Below are positions 48,043 through 61,728 of a DNA stretch of 64,000 nucleotides, in pieces. The notes under the pieces were generated by a model. That model was not told the origin of the DNA, ran no database searches, and saw only the letters and a list, made by a program, of their open reading frames with translations. The position numbers and the translations under genes are program-made. How positions within the stretch are numbered: position 1 is the first letter of the stretch; each line of letters opens with the position of its first letter. Source of the stretch: Amphiscolops sp. MND2022 (taxonomy: Eukaryota); NCBI GenBank assembly GCA_964187785.1, contig OZ076416.1, positions 25,792,001 to 25,856,000 on the forward strand. The letters run 5' to 3'.

Positions 48043-49276
48043 CTTACCTCGACGATCCTAATTTGGTGATTCCTGCGATATATTTACCGCCGATGTTTTT
48101 TAAAATTATGATACGATGCCCTAATTTATAAATCTCTCCTCCACTTGATGTTCTTGGTGCTTGTTTCATTCAGGGGACCGTTTTTGACACTGTATGGAGG
48201 CTCTGCAGCTTGCAGCGATCTGGCACCTTGCCTATCTTTTTCTGACTGCCCATGCTTCAACTCGGGCTAATTCTATTTCGTAAAGACCCTTTTAAAATGG
48301 TTCCAGTTATAAGCATTCTCTGTTGGAAAAACTACAAAACTGGCATGGAGCAATTCAACGTGGCACAAAAAGTGAAAAGTTTTCGTCATTTTCGAGATAA
48401 ACGAAACTGAGACAAAAGTAAAAACTACTTCAATGCAAGCAGGAGAGCAGCATTAAAAGTACGATTAATCTCAATAACTCGGCGTACGAAAGCATAATTA
48501 CGAACATTCTCTCGCCCCATCTCAATGAATTCGGCGAACGAATGCATAATACCACTCGTTCGTTTCATCGCACGAGAAACGAATTGTTGTAGGCAGCTCA
48601 AGAAATTTAAATCTCACGCTTATACTCACTGCCGAACAAAATATCTGAATTTTTCAGTTGGTACTCGGATCGCTAACAAAAGTCGGGCTAAAAAAAGTTG
48701 CATAATTCAGATTTCTATATATTCCGGCTATCGCAGAAATAATTTAAAAAAATACAGTCAACTCCGGCTAATTCGTATCCGGATAATTCGGATCTTCGTT
48801 TAATTCGTACGTGTCTGAGACCCATTTCGCGAAGACCAAAGAAATATCATCCGGATAATTCGTATTTCTCCTTATCCGTGCTATTTTATTCGGTCCCCAG
48901 CGATACGAATTAGGCGGATTCAACTGTAGTAATATTTCTGCTTTAGGCTACAAAAACCATCAATCTCAAAGTTCAATGATATAAACATATCTGAAACAAC
49001 TATACGCTGCTGATAATTCATTAATTAATCACTACCCGGTTATACTTGTTTTGATGCTTCTTGGACTATAATCGTTAAGACTCGTTCGCATCATCTCAGT
49101 AAAATGGCTACCTCACTGCTACCAGAATTGGCGACGTAAAAGGGACAATCGAAGTCTGGTATGTTTCTTGAATTGCGTGAAAATCTCACAGCACCAAAAA
49201 ATATTGAAAAAGGGAACTTTTTCCAAATAAGAATTTTTTAAAAACCAAAGGGATATACATCAAATTTGGTACTTAC

Positions 49277-50164
49277 TGCTTCGAGATAATCGGCAGGGAT
49301 TTTCGATTTATCACAAACTGCAGGCTGGCTGACAAAAAATGTATCTTGTGCATCCCTAGCAGGATGTTGTTGTGGCTGGAAAAGGGCGTCAAAGTTCCAG
49401 AAAGAACTTTCAACGAAGTTGTTGGTAGGCATTTCCGTGAACCCCATCTCAAGAAATATATTTCTGAATTCACTGCGAACTTTCATTAGTGGATGGAGAT
49501 GACCAGAATCAGGTATTACTCCTTTAGCTGCAAAATTGTACTTCTTGAAAGTTTCATCTTTCCATGTTCCACTTGCAAGCATGTCAGACGTTAGGTCAGT
49601 GGCCAATTTTTTCGTTTCAAGAGAAAAATTTTCACCTTTCTCCACACGATAAAACTTCTCAAGTCGTTTCTCTACAAGCTTTCTTTTCTTGTAATCGTCG
49701 AGGGTTTTCGGAGGTACAAGGTCACCAATACTTAGTTTTTCAAGATTCAGTCGGACATCGTCTATAATCGAATCTGTGATTTTCAAAACTTTACCACTTG
49801 ATTTGTCTAATTTCAGCCACTTTTTTGAAGAAGCTTTTCCGAAAGCGACTGCAAAATCTGGGAATGATGACTTAACTTCCTCCAAAGTAGCACCATCTGC
49901 TGGTAAATGCGCAAATAGCTGGGCTTCTAGACTACCGTTTTGTAAGCATTTGTTACCTTCTGCAGTTAGTATCCACTTTTCCTCACTTTTTTCAGAGCAC
50001 ACTATCAAGTCACCAGCAGACTGTAAACTTTTCAAAGAACCGACAACCTCTTGATGATCAACTAGAAAGGACTTAGCCAACTGTCTAGAGTCATCGATCA
50101 CATGATCTTTCTCCAATTTTTCCAAGATTGCTTTATCCATAACAGAAACTGAAACCAATTTCAT
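49277..50164 (-). CDS. FARSA: FARSA 5' exon, distal duplicate
   Basis: Coding sequence appears identical to 43258-44121 by eye. Open from ATG 50164 (MKLVSVSV-MDK, second ATG at 50140). Confidence 0.9.
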
Positions 50165-53100
50165 GAGTGAATATCATTGTCTCATTTTATCATACAGATG
50201 CATTGAAACATTTTAAAACCTCTCTCAGATGACATAGATCGTCGTTAATAATGTGGTGCCATGTAAGTCATCATGTAGGGGAGGATGGCACACACATCGT
50301 GGTCTGCAAACAAAAGGGAACGAAATAAACAACAAAGCGCTACTACCACTAGATCATAACCAAGTCGACGAAGATTCACAACCCACGTTGAATAGTCGAG
50401 TTGCAAAGATGAGAGTCAGTCCCAATGAACAGTACTATATTATAAACTTCAATCGCATCTCTAGCTCTCACTGTTTCTAGGATACCCCGAAAATGACCTT
50501 GTGTCAAAATGCCGGTTTTTGGCATTTTGACTTTCAAACGCGATATCTTGCATATGCAGTGTATATACACTCGCCCTCTCCGCAACAATCGTTTCGAGAT
50601 CTCCGATGCCGCTAGGTCTTTGCTCCTGTTCGACTAACAACGTGAATAACGTCTAAAAGTCCACCGGGAAAGACGTCTCAAGCAATAAACTAAAAAGATT
50701 ACCGTCTGAAAATTCGTATAAAAAATGGAACAAAAGAAGGAACGTCTTAAAAGTGAAACATCTAAAATCGAGAAAAGGTCCAAAATCAACAAAAACGTCC
50801 AAATATCAGAAAATCATAAAATTAGGACTTCGAAACGAGAACTACGTCCAAAACTGGGGAAAAACTGCAGCCAATTAGAATCACAAACAAAAAGTTGGGA
50901 ACAAAAAGATCAGGAACAAAAAGTTATTTAAAGGGTTACAAGTCAGTTGGCCTTAAGTGCAATTGGCTTGATTTTTTTCCTCGAGTCATTTGGATTGAAA
51001 TTTTTCAGCCAAAGAACCACAAAGTGGAGCCAAGTCCATTCTAACTCAAGCAATGACTAAATACAACTAAGTCCTAATTGTTGTGATGAACTTATCAAAT
51101 AGTTTGTGTTGACTCTCGTCCCGGAGCAACCCGTTTACTTCGATTGGCCTAGATGTAGGTATTAGGTTTTCAGGGTAAGTTTCGTTCGCCTCCAGAGTTA
51201 TAGTGTTAGACGTTTGACCAGACAGAGAGTCTATTTTTGGGGTGGGCGGAAATAGGTCGAAGGAACGGGATCGAAAATCAGAGTTAGTCCTCAGGTCGAC
51301 ATACCAATTTTTGAATGGGATCGAAACAACTCGGGTCGAAATTTTTATAACGTAGTCAGATATGTTCACATACCCCTAGTGCCCTGAATGCAGGAGCAAA
51401 GCGAAGCGGAGCAACTTGCCATATGGCCATGCCTCAATGTTGCTACTTGGCGAAGGGAGCGAAGCGACCGAGCCATACAACAAATACGATAAAATTCGAC
51501 CGCATTCCATTCGATCCCTGCAATTCGATCAAAAGGTTCGACCTCTGTCCTTTCGACCAGGAAAATTCGACCTATTTACAGCCATCCATATTTTTGAAAA
51601 CAGATTTTCGATCATTTTAAGGATTTCTCTGTCCCATTTAAGTGTCTTTCATCCTTCTATAAACAGATTTCTCGATTTTCTCAGATAGTTCGGAGAGCTA
51701 CGTGGAATCAGGTTTAATTAGATAGATCTAAGAGAGGGGGCTAAACTGGGATCTAAATAAATTGATATAATTAGTCAGGTCTAAAAATTGCTTCTAATTT
51801 GATCTGATTTGAGAAAAAATCAGTCAATTAGGATCTGAAACTAAAAAGTGATACAAAGTATAAAACGTGCCCCGGATATGTCCCCATTTCCTCTAGTGCC
51901 CCGCGGCCCCTTGGGGCCGCTTATATTCCCATCTTGCTAAGCGAGGTCGAACAGGAGCAAAGACCTAGCGGAAACGGAGATCGCGAAGTGATCGTAGTGG
52001 GAGCTGGTCTTTGCGACGGTGAGGACGAGCGTGCATACATCGCATATGCCCCACCTTATATTTTCGCTTTCAGAACACATAATAGATCATGAAGGGGTTA
52101 GACCTAAGTATTTTAGATCAAATTAGATCTGAACGTTAGACCTAACAGTTAGATCTAATTCCATTAGACCCGCGGCAATTAGATCAAAGGCCTGCACTCC
52201 AGTTCGGAGAAATCTTTATCAGAGATACTAGGAACATTCTCCGTTCTCATACTTGGGGCTTCAGGTTCGTCTATGGAACTAGTGGGTGAATCCCGCCTTG
52301 CTCTCATTTTAGACGATCTTTCAGGCATTTTGAGTTCGGAATTTCAGAATAGTAAAGAAGAACAGCGCAAAGGACCTGCTAACTAGCACAGAAATTGGAG
52401 TTTTCAAAGTTTAATCATTAGAACGAAAGACAAAAGATTCGCAAAAAAATAATTATCAACTGAAAATCACTTCCAATTTCCATCATCTTTTGACTTTTCC
52501 GCTCGCAAAAGCGTGAGAAAATATGTGCACTTTTCACGCCTTGTTCAGCCCGGCGTTCATCCGAGGCAGGGAAACTGGAAGCTTAGTTAGGCTTTGCCGA
52601 AATCAGACATTCAGCTTGTTCATGCTTCTCGAAGGAAACACGCATCCACTTCCCGTCTGTGTTGCGACTCCGCTTCCCTTCACTCCCAATTCCCGCTATT
52701 TCAAGACGCCGCAGCTGAACTTGGCAATGAAATTGAGGATGATTCATCAATTTACTGCTGAATGAAAAATTCAAATCGGAAAATGACACGCAATATTTGC
52801 AAAATGTTTCTCGAATTAATTAAACAACATTAAAGATGCTTCACGAAACAACGATTATATCAACAAAATGGCAAATTAGCTTGCAATTCCACTTACAAAA
52901 CATCTACAGCAGTGAATGAGTGAAAACTGAAAAAATCTTGGTCCCAGACCGCAGACCGGGACGTTTGGGAAAGTGAACAGAATTTCACAGGGAAAGAAAC
53001 AATAGTATGAGACAAAATCACGTTAAAAGTACTGCTCAGGTTGATATCTAGTACAATCAAATGGCAATTGGTTCGGGAGAAAAGTTTCACGTGACATTAG

Positions 53101-53929
53101 TATGTATTAGGCCGTTTGGAAGTAAACCTTAGGCTCAGGCCGTGGTCCAGGCTCATTTGACAATTAATCGTAGTTTACATGCAAATATCATTGTACATTA
53201 CATCCAATCAACAAGCATCGTTCATAATCACGAGTAATGAGCTTCAGATTCATTTAAGAATTGAAAACTAATGACAACACTATCGTTTTCCAATCATACA
53301 ATGGATTATAACACATTTTCATTTCAGGCCGCATCCCAGGCGGCGGTATATAGCATTCAAGAAATTGGCACAAATAAATGATTATCCGAACAAATACATG
53401 TGTAGCATCATTCTAATTGTTATTAAAAGCATTAACACATTTACATGTACTCAAAAATAACATTTCTTCCATTGCATAACGCCGTGTAGCTTATTTCAAT
53501 CTCAGGCCGCTTGCCAGGCCGACATTTCGCAGCTCGAATTCGAGGCCGGCCGCGAGGCCGCAGTTCCGCCATTAAATTTCTCGGCCGCTCGTTAGGTGGT
53601 ATGATTCGATTATTATTACTTGTATATCACTGTAAGAATACTATTAACTGCACAATAGCTTCATATTATTTAGTATACGGTAATTAGGTATGTAAATGCT
53701 TTTATGTAATCGTGTAAATATTAATATACAGTTCCTTTTATTTTTAATTATTTTTTCAGCGCCATTGTTTTAGATTGTTCTATTGTATGAGGATTAAAAC
53801 ATTTGTTTGTCAGTCATTTTGGTTGTTGTTTTCTTCTTTTCTTCATTTCCCAGTTTATTCTCGGAAGACTGGGTTATTGTTGTGGCAGATTTAACAGCTC
53901 AGTTGGGGCTGTGACAGTTTCATATTTGC

Positions 53930-56900
53930 TATGATGACTGACAAAACTGGCAAGTTGAGGACAAATTCTGCATCAGGGGTGGATTGTAAGAACTACTATC
54001 CACAAGTGGATGAGATTTTTCATGCCATCAAGATTTCAAAGCTTTGACAAGAAAATTGAGCAAGGACTAGTCTACTGAAAGACATTATAAATCATCTCAA
54101 AGGAGCTAACTCCTCCATTACAATGCTTGAATCAATAAACACAAAATTGATGAAGGTAAAATTGTTTTAATAAACAAATTCGACAATACACCTCCCCATT
54201 CCGAAGCAACGTGCAAAAATGATAACAAGATAATTTTCGAGTCTATGCTGAGAAAGTCACTGGAAAAACGTGATCATGACGCTATTGCTTCAAAAAATGT
54301 TGTTTTCTAAAATGTCGCGGGAAGCAATAAAGCGGTTTTTGATTTGATGACAACTTTCAAGATACCGCAGAGCTATGTTAAACGTTCAACTCGACTCGGA
54401 AAGAAAAGTGCTGCTAATCCTCCTCCTCGTACACGTCCAATTGAAGTCCTATTTGATTGTGAACATGACAAGAGACTCATTATGGCAAATGCATATTTAT
54501 TAAAAAACAGTCATATTTTTGTGAAATCCAAAATATAGTGGTCGGACCGGCAGAAAGAAAAGTTACTGAAGTTACGCTATGACCTTATCCAACATGGCTT
54601 TGATAAGAAACTACTCAGAGTTAGAGATTTGAAACAGTTTTATTATGGAGTTGAAATCAAACATTGAGATGCCTTTGAGACCACCGCTGCCAATCTACAA
54701 AAATATCAATTACCTTTGAAGAAAAACAATCAGATTGATTCATCAGTTCCAAATATCTTTTATTCAACATTCGTGGTCTTGATTTTAATCAACATTCGCA
54801 AAGCAAAGCAAAGCAAAGCAAAGCAAACTATTGGCTCTTGTTAATGTCTCTTATTTGGATATCTTACTATAAACCGAAACATGGTGGACTGAGATAATGA
54901 GCTGTTCTCTTTTTGACATTATCAAAACTATTGCAAATGTGATAGACAAAACAGTCATCGTGGAGATGATGCTTTTCTCAGCAGGCTAACGTGTAAAATT
55001 CTTGCAGAAAAAATTAATTCAGATGATTTTGATTTTGCAGCTGCTGCTGTTATTCAACTCTCTGGTGCTCCAGCTCTTTTTTTTCATTTCGGTTTATCTA
55101 CCGTATCCTAGTCCCTAGGAAGTTTTTTTTGATGACATGGAACGTTTAATCGGCTCAATCTCGAGTTCTTTTCAGAAAAATTTCCTTCAGCTGAATACTC
55201 TCACTCTTTTTGGGTGTAAGGCGATTTCAATTTTCCGTGAACTGATTGGAACCTAATGCACAGCCACAGTAACCGAGAACAACAGTTTCCTAATATTTTT
55301 TTCTCTGAGTACGGATTGTCGCCGCTAATACTGACCGAAAGCACACATTGTGATGGTAACAGCCTTGATAATATCCTATCTGACCTACACACTGTCCCTC
55401 TATCCTTCGAGATCATGGGTACAATAGATATTATTGCTCACTATCCAATAATTCTGAACTAAGAGAATGCTGTCCAACCCAATTCTTCTGGTATGGTTAT
55501 CTCCTTCACGAGTCGTGAGGAGATAAAAATTTCGAAAAATCGTGGATTCACTTCACATACGAGACCTATCCAAGTAGAGCAATATTGAAACTTCATTCCG
55601 TAAAAAAAAAGAAAAAAACGCTTAGCCAACACGTCTTACTACATTTCCACAACGATGCATACGCTCAACAAGTTGAACACAGCAAAAAGGAAATCTCTGA
55701 GAAATCCTAGTAAAACTAACATTGGATCTGTCAAAAAACTCCAAGTGAAGTTTAGTATATCAGCGGAATTGGACCGAATGTTATTCGTTGCTGGAGCTTC
55801 TACGACTACTCTGTCTGACTGTTTCAGTCTCTTAAACAGCCTCAAGATAAATACATACCCTATGTCGATGAGATATAATGAGGACTGCTTGAAGACCGTA
55901 CCTCGAACAGCAAACGCCTTTACTATTTTTTTCTCCAGCAATTTCAATCAAGCAGAAATTCCAGCTATAATTTATGAATCAGATGGCTCAGTCAAATTTG
56001 ATGATATTCTTCTATCCTTAAATTTCTCATTTTTTTGTGAGATGATACTCGATATGAAAGACTCCTCGACAAATACAATCGATTTTCTAACCCTAAGTTA
56101 TTGAAACGTTGTCCTAATGTTTTTGCAACCTTTCTTCATCCTGTTTTTTGCTCGATAATTCTTACGAGATCTTACCCTGATATTTGGAAAAGTGATTTGA
56201 CACGGCCAAATTTCAAGAATTGGGCTAAAAACTTCATCGTTAATTACCGTCCTGTTAGTCTCCTACCCAAATGCTCGCTATTGTTTGAAAAGCTCGTGAA
56301 CAGGCACATTTATAGCCACGTTTGGATGAAAATACACCCTAAACAATTCCACTTTCACTCAAGAAAAATCTTACAGTTAATAGACTACCTAGAATATGCA
56401 AATAGAATGAAGACCTTGGTTACCTTTACTGTGTATCTGAATTATGAAAAAGCATTTGATAAGGATTCCAAACAATTCTTTTGAGTAAGGTTCGTAAGTT
56501 TGATCTGGAAGAAAGTTTCATTAAACTACTATCAATCTACCTCAAAGATCGGACTCAGAATGCTAAAATTGATAACCATGTCTCTGATTCAGTCAACATT
56601 GCGAGTGGAAATCCTCAAGGCTCCGCCCTGGGCCCTCTTTTCTTCATTTTGTTCATAAATGATTTGCCTTCTGTTTTCTTAGACTACATACCATGACTAT
56701 TTGATGATGACTTGAAGCTTCTTTTCAACTCTCAATTTTAATAATGATTTGGCAAGGTTATCAAATTGGAATCTCTCGAATGGTTTGACAGCTAATTCTA
56801 GCAAAACTTAGTGTTTAGCTTTTGCTGGCAAACCAGTTATCCTTCTAAACGCATCTGAGTCGTTGGAAAATGTGAAACTTCACAAAGATCTCGGTATTTT

Positions 56901-57460
56901 TATAGCAAGCAATTTAAAATGGCCTAGTCATTTACAACTTCAGCTCAATAAAGCTCGAAGCTCCTTTTTTCTCTTAGGTATCGGATCCCTTTTAAAACTC
57001 CCTCCAAGACGAAGATGAATTTATACCCTTCTATGGTGTTATGATGTGCCTCCGTCGAATCTTTGGTTCTATATTACAATACAAACAGCAGTTGAAACCT
57101 ACGAAATTCTGCCCATGTGATATCAAAATGAACTTCTTACGTTCACAATGGCATACAAAATGTTTAGCGGGTATCTGTATGACTTTGCTACCCATTTTGA
57201 TTTTCGTGTTTATGATCAAACCTTGATAACTCAAGCCATGAGTTTACATATTTGTAACTACCACTCACTGGCTCATCAAAAATCTTGATTCGCCAGAGCT
57301 GCTGAAATGACCAAATTTCTTCACAGACATAAAATCATTACTGGGCTGGATACTAAGAATATTCAAGCTGTTAGAAAACATTTGATGCTGAAAAACGTCT
57401 GTTCTGATCTTATTTGCTCTCATTACATATGTTGTACTTGCAACTCTTGTATGTTTAGTA
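53930..57460 (+). mobile_element. Decayed CR1/L2-like LINE (ORF1 remnant, APE endonuclease, RT)
   Basis: ORF1-like RPIEVLFDCEHDKRLIMANAYLLKNSHIFV. APE remnants (TETW). RT NYRPVSLLPKCSLLFEKLV, YLNYEKAFD, GNPQGSALGPLFFILFINDLP, LFDDDLKL. Many stops and frameshifts. Confidence 0.85.
54798..54827 (+). repeat. (GCAAA)6 microsatellite inside the LINE
   Basis: gcaaagcaaagcaaagcaaagcaaagcaaa. Confidence 0.9.
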
Positions 57461-58070
57461 GGAGTGTCATTTGAAGTTTTGTTTTCTCGGAAAGAGAATT
57501 AAGTCTTTCTCTCTCTCTCTTATTAAAGACCAAAACCGAATTAACGAAAAATGTTACGAAATTTTGAGCATATTTGTTGTATAGATCGGTCGCTTCGCTT
57601 CCTCCGCAAAATAGCAAAAAAGAGGCATGGCCCAATGGCACGTCGCCTCGCTTCGCTCCTGCATTTAGGGCAGTAGAGGGTAGGTGAACAAAGCTAAACA
57701 ACGTTGTAAAGATGATTTTGACAACATCTGGCACACGCTTTAAACTCAGTGTTTTTCAGCGTATTGGTTTTAAGCTAAGACGTTTGGCCTTAAAAAAATT
57801 AGGCTGAGTGACCAAATGCATTAAGCTAATTGTTTTTAACCCAAGTGACCACATTCAACGTTTAGAGTATAAAACGTGCCGTGGGTACAAACTGCGATTT
57901 AAGGAATAAGATCGAAACGCACTTATGTAACTAATATCTGAAGAACTAAGAACAAAATGTCATTTTTGTAAATTAGATCCAGAGAATGCCAGCCCCCGAA
58001 TACTATCTAAAGTCTAAAATTTAAACGTTTTTCACAATTTACAAACGATTTGTTGTATAAATTGTACATA

Positions 58071-59115
58071 GGATATGTCTCCATTTCCTCTAGTGCCCCG
58101 CAGCCGCTTGGGGCCGCTTAAAATTCCATCTTGCAGAGTCAGGTCGAACATGAGCAAAGACCTAGCGGGAACCGAGGTTGCGAAGCAATCGTAGTGGGAG
58201 CTGGTCTTCGTGAGGGTGACGGCTAGTGTGCATACAACGAATATGCTCCGCAGCAGGTTGGAGAAGTACTTGAAACCTTCTAAGAATTCACGGAACCAGG
58301 CGTAGCGGCATTGGGCAATATGTATTGCAACCAATTAGATCTTATACTTTATATTTTTTCCGTCGTTCATCTAACAAAACCAGAGAAATAGAGCTGTAGG
58401 AAGATTTTTCCAGCATTAGGAATAATATTCTAACATCGGGAATAACATCTAAACAATTTAGGTTTTAGTACCCTTGCGACGACCTTCTATTTTTCAAAGT
58501 CTGTCATTTTCTCTAAATTGGAATTAATCCCCAGTTTTTTCCAGCAATGTCCAAAGTTCTTCACAACGTTTCAAATTAAGAATAAAGATGTATTTCAATT
58601 CTGAATCTCGTTATGAACTTCCATATTACTCTGTGAACACGTGGCGCGACTTTCGTATAAACTGAATTTTTGTTAGGCGATTGGGTTCCTGCTATTAGTG
58701 TCGGTCCTGATACTGTGCAGTTCCCTTATTTAATAATTAGTTGGTTCATGTTTTTTTTCAAAAAAAATTTTACACTTCGTTAGTATCCTGGGTTTTTTAA
58801 GTAGTTCTGATAGTTTTGAATATAGTGTTTTGTTTTCTCATTCTTCTTCAAAAAATCAGTCTTTTTGTCCGAAAAGAGATTAAATACTATTTTCTCGTAA
58901 AAAAGAAACTCTTTTTAATACAAGCATTTTGTCAATAAAGTGAAAGAGGTGCGAAGCTTGAGACGGTATTAAAAAAATCATTTACGACGTTACTCCCGTT
59001 TTGCAGTTAGACAATTTTCCTTAGTCGTTATACCCTCGTTCGACCTCGTTTAACAGAAAACGAACATAAGCGGCCCATGAGGCCGCATTGTACTAGAGAA
59101 AAATGGGACATATCC
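58071..59115. mobile_element. Non-autonomous element with ~47-bp imperfect inverted ends; left-end module also at ~45853-46030 and ~51874-52050
   Basis: GGATATGTCTCCATTTCCTCTAGTG...GGGGCCGC against GCGGCCCATGAGGCCGC...CTAGAGAAAAATGGGACATATCC. Confidence 0.65.
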
Positions 59116-59419
59116 GCGACAGGTTTTTCACTAAAATCTTTTACAAGCGAGTCAAATAGCCAAAAAAACATGTTGAACATTTTGAACACAAGTTTTGACA
59201 ATTTGAGATTTTGCCCTTTTGACTCGTTCCCTCATTTTCAATCATTCGTTGCGTCTCAATTTTTCTGTTCTTCTGCATCAGTGATGGTCCGACGTTGGTT
59301 CCAGGGTTGCCCAAGAAGCCTTGAATTAGGCGACAGTGAGCAAAAAATTGACAACTGTGACATCCAATACCAACTGATTACCAACTGTCCGATGAACCAG
59401 AACCATTTTAACACCGTCT

Positions 59420-60750
59420 AGGCGCTTGCTGTCAGTTCCACACAGTCAACGGGGTTCCAGCAATGAAGGCAAGTGGGGAGATCCCAACATCTGCTAAGTG
59501 AGCGAATTAAGATAAGCAAGAGGTCGAAAGGAGTCGCTCTTCTGTTGCAGGGTAGACAGTGTAAGCTGTTCACTTCAACTTTTTTTAAAACAGTGGTATG
59601 TTAACACAGATGTTTGCTCCAGAGCGGAGACCAATAGAAATCCTTAGCTGCTGATCATCAAGTTTCAGACTCAGGTTTTTGCAGTGAAGGTCTTTCAACC
59701 ACCGGGACTCGTAGTTAATCTACTGAACGTTGAAGCCCTTCGATCACTTTTCGTCCTTTCTAACTACAATAGCCCAAAATTTTAAAAGTAGGCTGGAACA
59801 CAGGCTTAGTCCATTTTCTCTGGGTGCTGTCGATTGGACTATCTTGGTTATTGGTAATAACCAACTTTGTTTTTCACGACATCTTGTGAACGGAAAAAAA
59901 GTCTTCGGGAAATCACACGCACTGAAAGCCAAAAAAGCAGGAAGAACTAACAATGATCGAGCTGACAACTGTAGACCATATATTTCAACCGACAGGGCCA
60001 GTAGAGTTTTCGACATAACGTCAAAGCTTACGTTTTGCACTATGGAAAGCCCGTCTCCTACAATTTTGTCAGTTTCCCCCTATAGCGTGTCATGCGTGCT
60101 GGTTCGTAAGAAAGTACATATCCTTTAGTAAACTAAAAAGTTTGAAAATGTAAAATCTGTGCAGAGCATTCAAATTCTTATCAAATTTAATCTTTTTTCA
60201 ATGCAATAATTTTCCGAATGGTCTTCCTGTGATTTCACGCCTAGCGGTGATTAACCTATCTTGGTTGGTCTCTCGTCGGAGTTTTGATGCCTCTCCAAGC
60301 TTCTTGATACAGCAGATAAGGTCGTTGATCGTCGCATTTTGCCAACATCGCCCACGAAAAACGTTTGCCTTAGGATGGTTTGAATTTGAGCCCAAGCGTA
60401 TTGTCTCGTCGTCAGTTTCTTGAGATCTTTTAACACAACTTTTTAACCGTCCAATACTTTTCCATGATGGTAATGTAAGTTTAATTCCCACTCCTTTATC
60501 TATTTTTAATAAAATCATCTTTTTTTGATATATTGGGTATTAACTCTTGAATGGCGCCAGAAAATGAAGCTAGCAATCCAGGGTTCTTGGAGGGTCCTTC
60601 ACAAAATTTGATAACCGAATCGCTGTGAAAAAGCAAACTTGGCAGACTATATGCTGAGTTTGAAAAGTTGTATGTTTCGGGATGAAGTTCAAATGTTGGT
60701 AGAGTTGAATGCGTTTTCAAAATTTATCTCGAAGATGATGTTTTCTTTAG
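59420..60750 (-). mobile_element. Probable decayed Penelope-like retroelement RT
   Basis: Ordered remnants: KKDDFI/LKIDKG (the I..ADKG motif), SFDVMSKTL (SFDV.SLFT), ENGLSLCSSLL (MGSPLS), RSVD* (RYVDD). Heavily disrupted. Confidence 0.5.
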
Positions 60751-60831
60751 GTTGGGCACTTTCAACTAAAGCACGAAAAACTTTCAACTCAATTCGACGC
60801 TTCTCTTAGTAGCAATAGCTACTTGACAATT

Positions 60832-60886
60832 GCGAACCTCGCCTGTAGCGAACATCGCCTGTCGCGAACCTCGCCTATCGCGAACC
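60832..60886 (+). repeat. 16-bp tandem repeat, about 3.4 units
   Basis: GCGAACCTCGCCTGTA / GCGAACATCGCCTGTC / GCGAACCTCGCCTATC / GCGAACC. Confidence 0.85.
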
Positions 60887-61728
60887 AACATGATAACCAT
60901 CCGAAATCTAACGTACCGTGTCCACACACTGGCAAGCTCGAAGTTTTCAGACAAAGCGTTCAGGCTAACTGTTTTATGTAAGGATCCCGGAGTTCAGCCA
61001 GAAGATGTTGGTGAAATTATCCGGCAGAAACTTGACTGGGTTGTTACCAAACGAATAGCCGACAAGTGAGTCTCAGACAAATGAATCCCGGCGAACACGT
61101 AATACATGCTTGTCAGATCAGAAAGTTGACAGAGCGGCAGAAAAGTTTTATTCAGCTTAGCAATTCTTCTAGGAGCTGAGGGGTTCTCTCCTATAGAGAT
61201 TCTCCCAAAAGAGAGAGTCGATGTTTTGAATAATCAATTAGAGTGTTTCAGGTAGTAGAATGTATTTACAAAATATGAGAAGAAGTTTAGCATTATTGAA
61301 GATAATCAAAATAGCAAAAAGAGATGTCAGAGGTTTGATTGAACGTGTTTGCGGTTCACTAGTTCTCTCAGTTGTGTTTTGGGTCCACTTCCAGTGCTAC
61401 AGAGGCTCTCTCATCGTAGGCGTGTTGATCTGTGATTGGCTACCACTTCTGATTAGTCCACGTCGGTCCTGTGAATACTTGACGAAATTTTCAGTGATTG
61501 ACCTTCTAGTTCAGTTCGTAGTTCAGAAACACACTTGCGAAAAGCTTCGAGAGGAAAAGATGTGGTTTGGTGAAAACCGACGAGTAATAAGCGACATCCC
61601 GATCCTGATCAAGCAAAGAAATTTTCAAAAGCCCAACCCCCCGCTTTAGAGGCATTTTTCAAAAAACAAATCATTAAAATAGCGTTTTTACCAATCTCTA
61701 ACCTCTATGGTGTAATGAATAATGTGTA

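Larger units (their letters stand above)
40806..52851. repeat. Tandem duplication: 6,019-bp unit (40806-46824) plus 6,021-bp unit (46825-52845)
   Basis: AAACAA microhomology at 40806, 46825 and 52846. Only two substitutions and one 2-bp indel noticed. Confidence 0.95.

Noticed and set aside
61260-61649. 129-aa plus-strand ORF
   Set aside because: No recognisable motif or coding bias, and it lies in repeat-like non-coding sequence.
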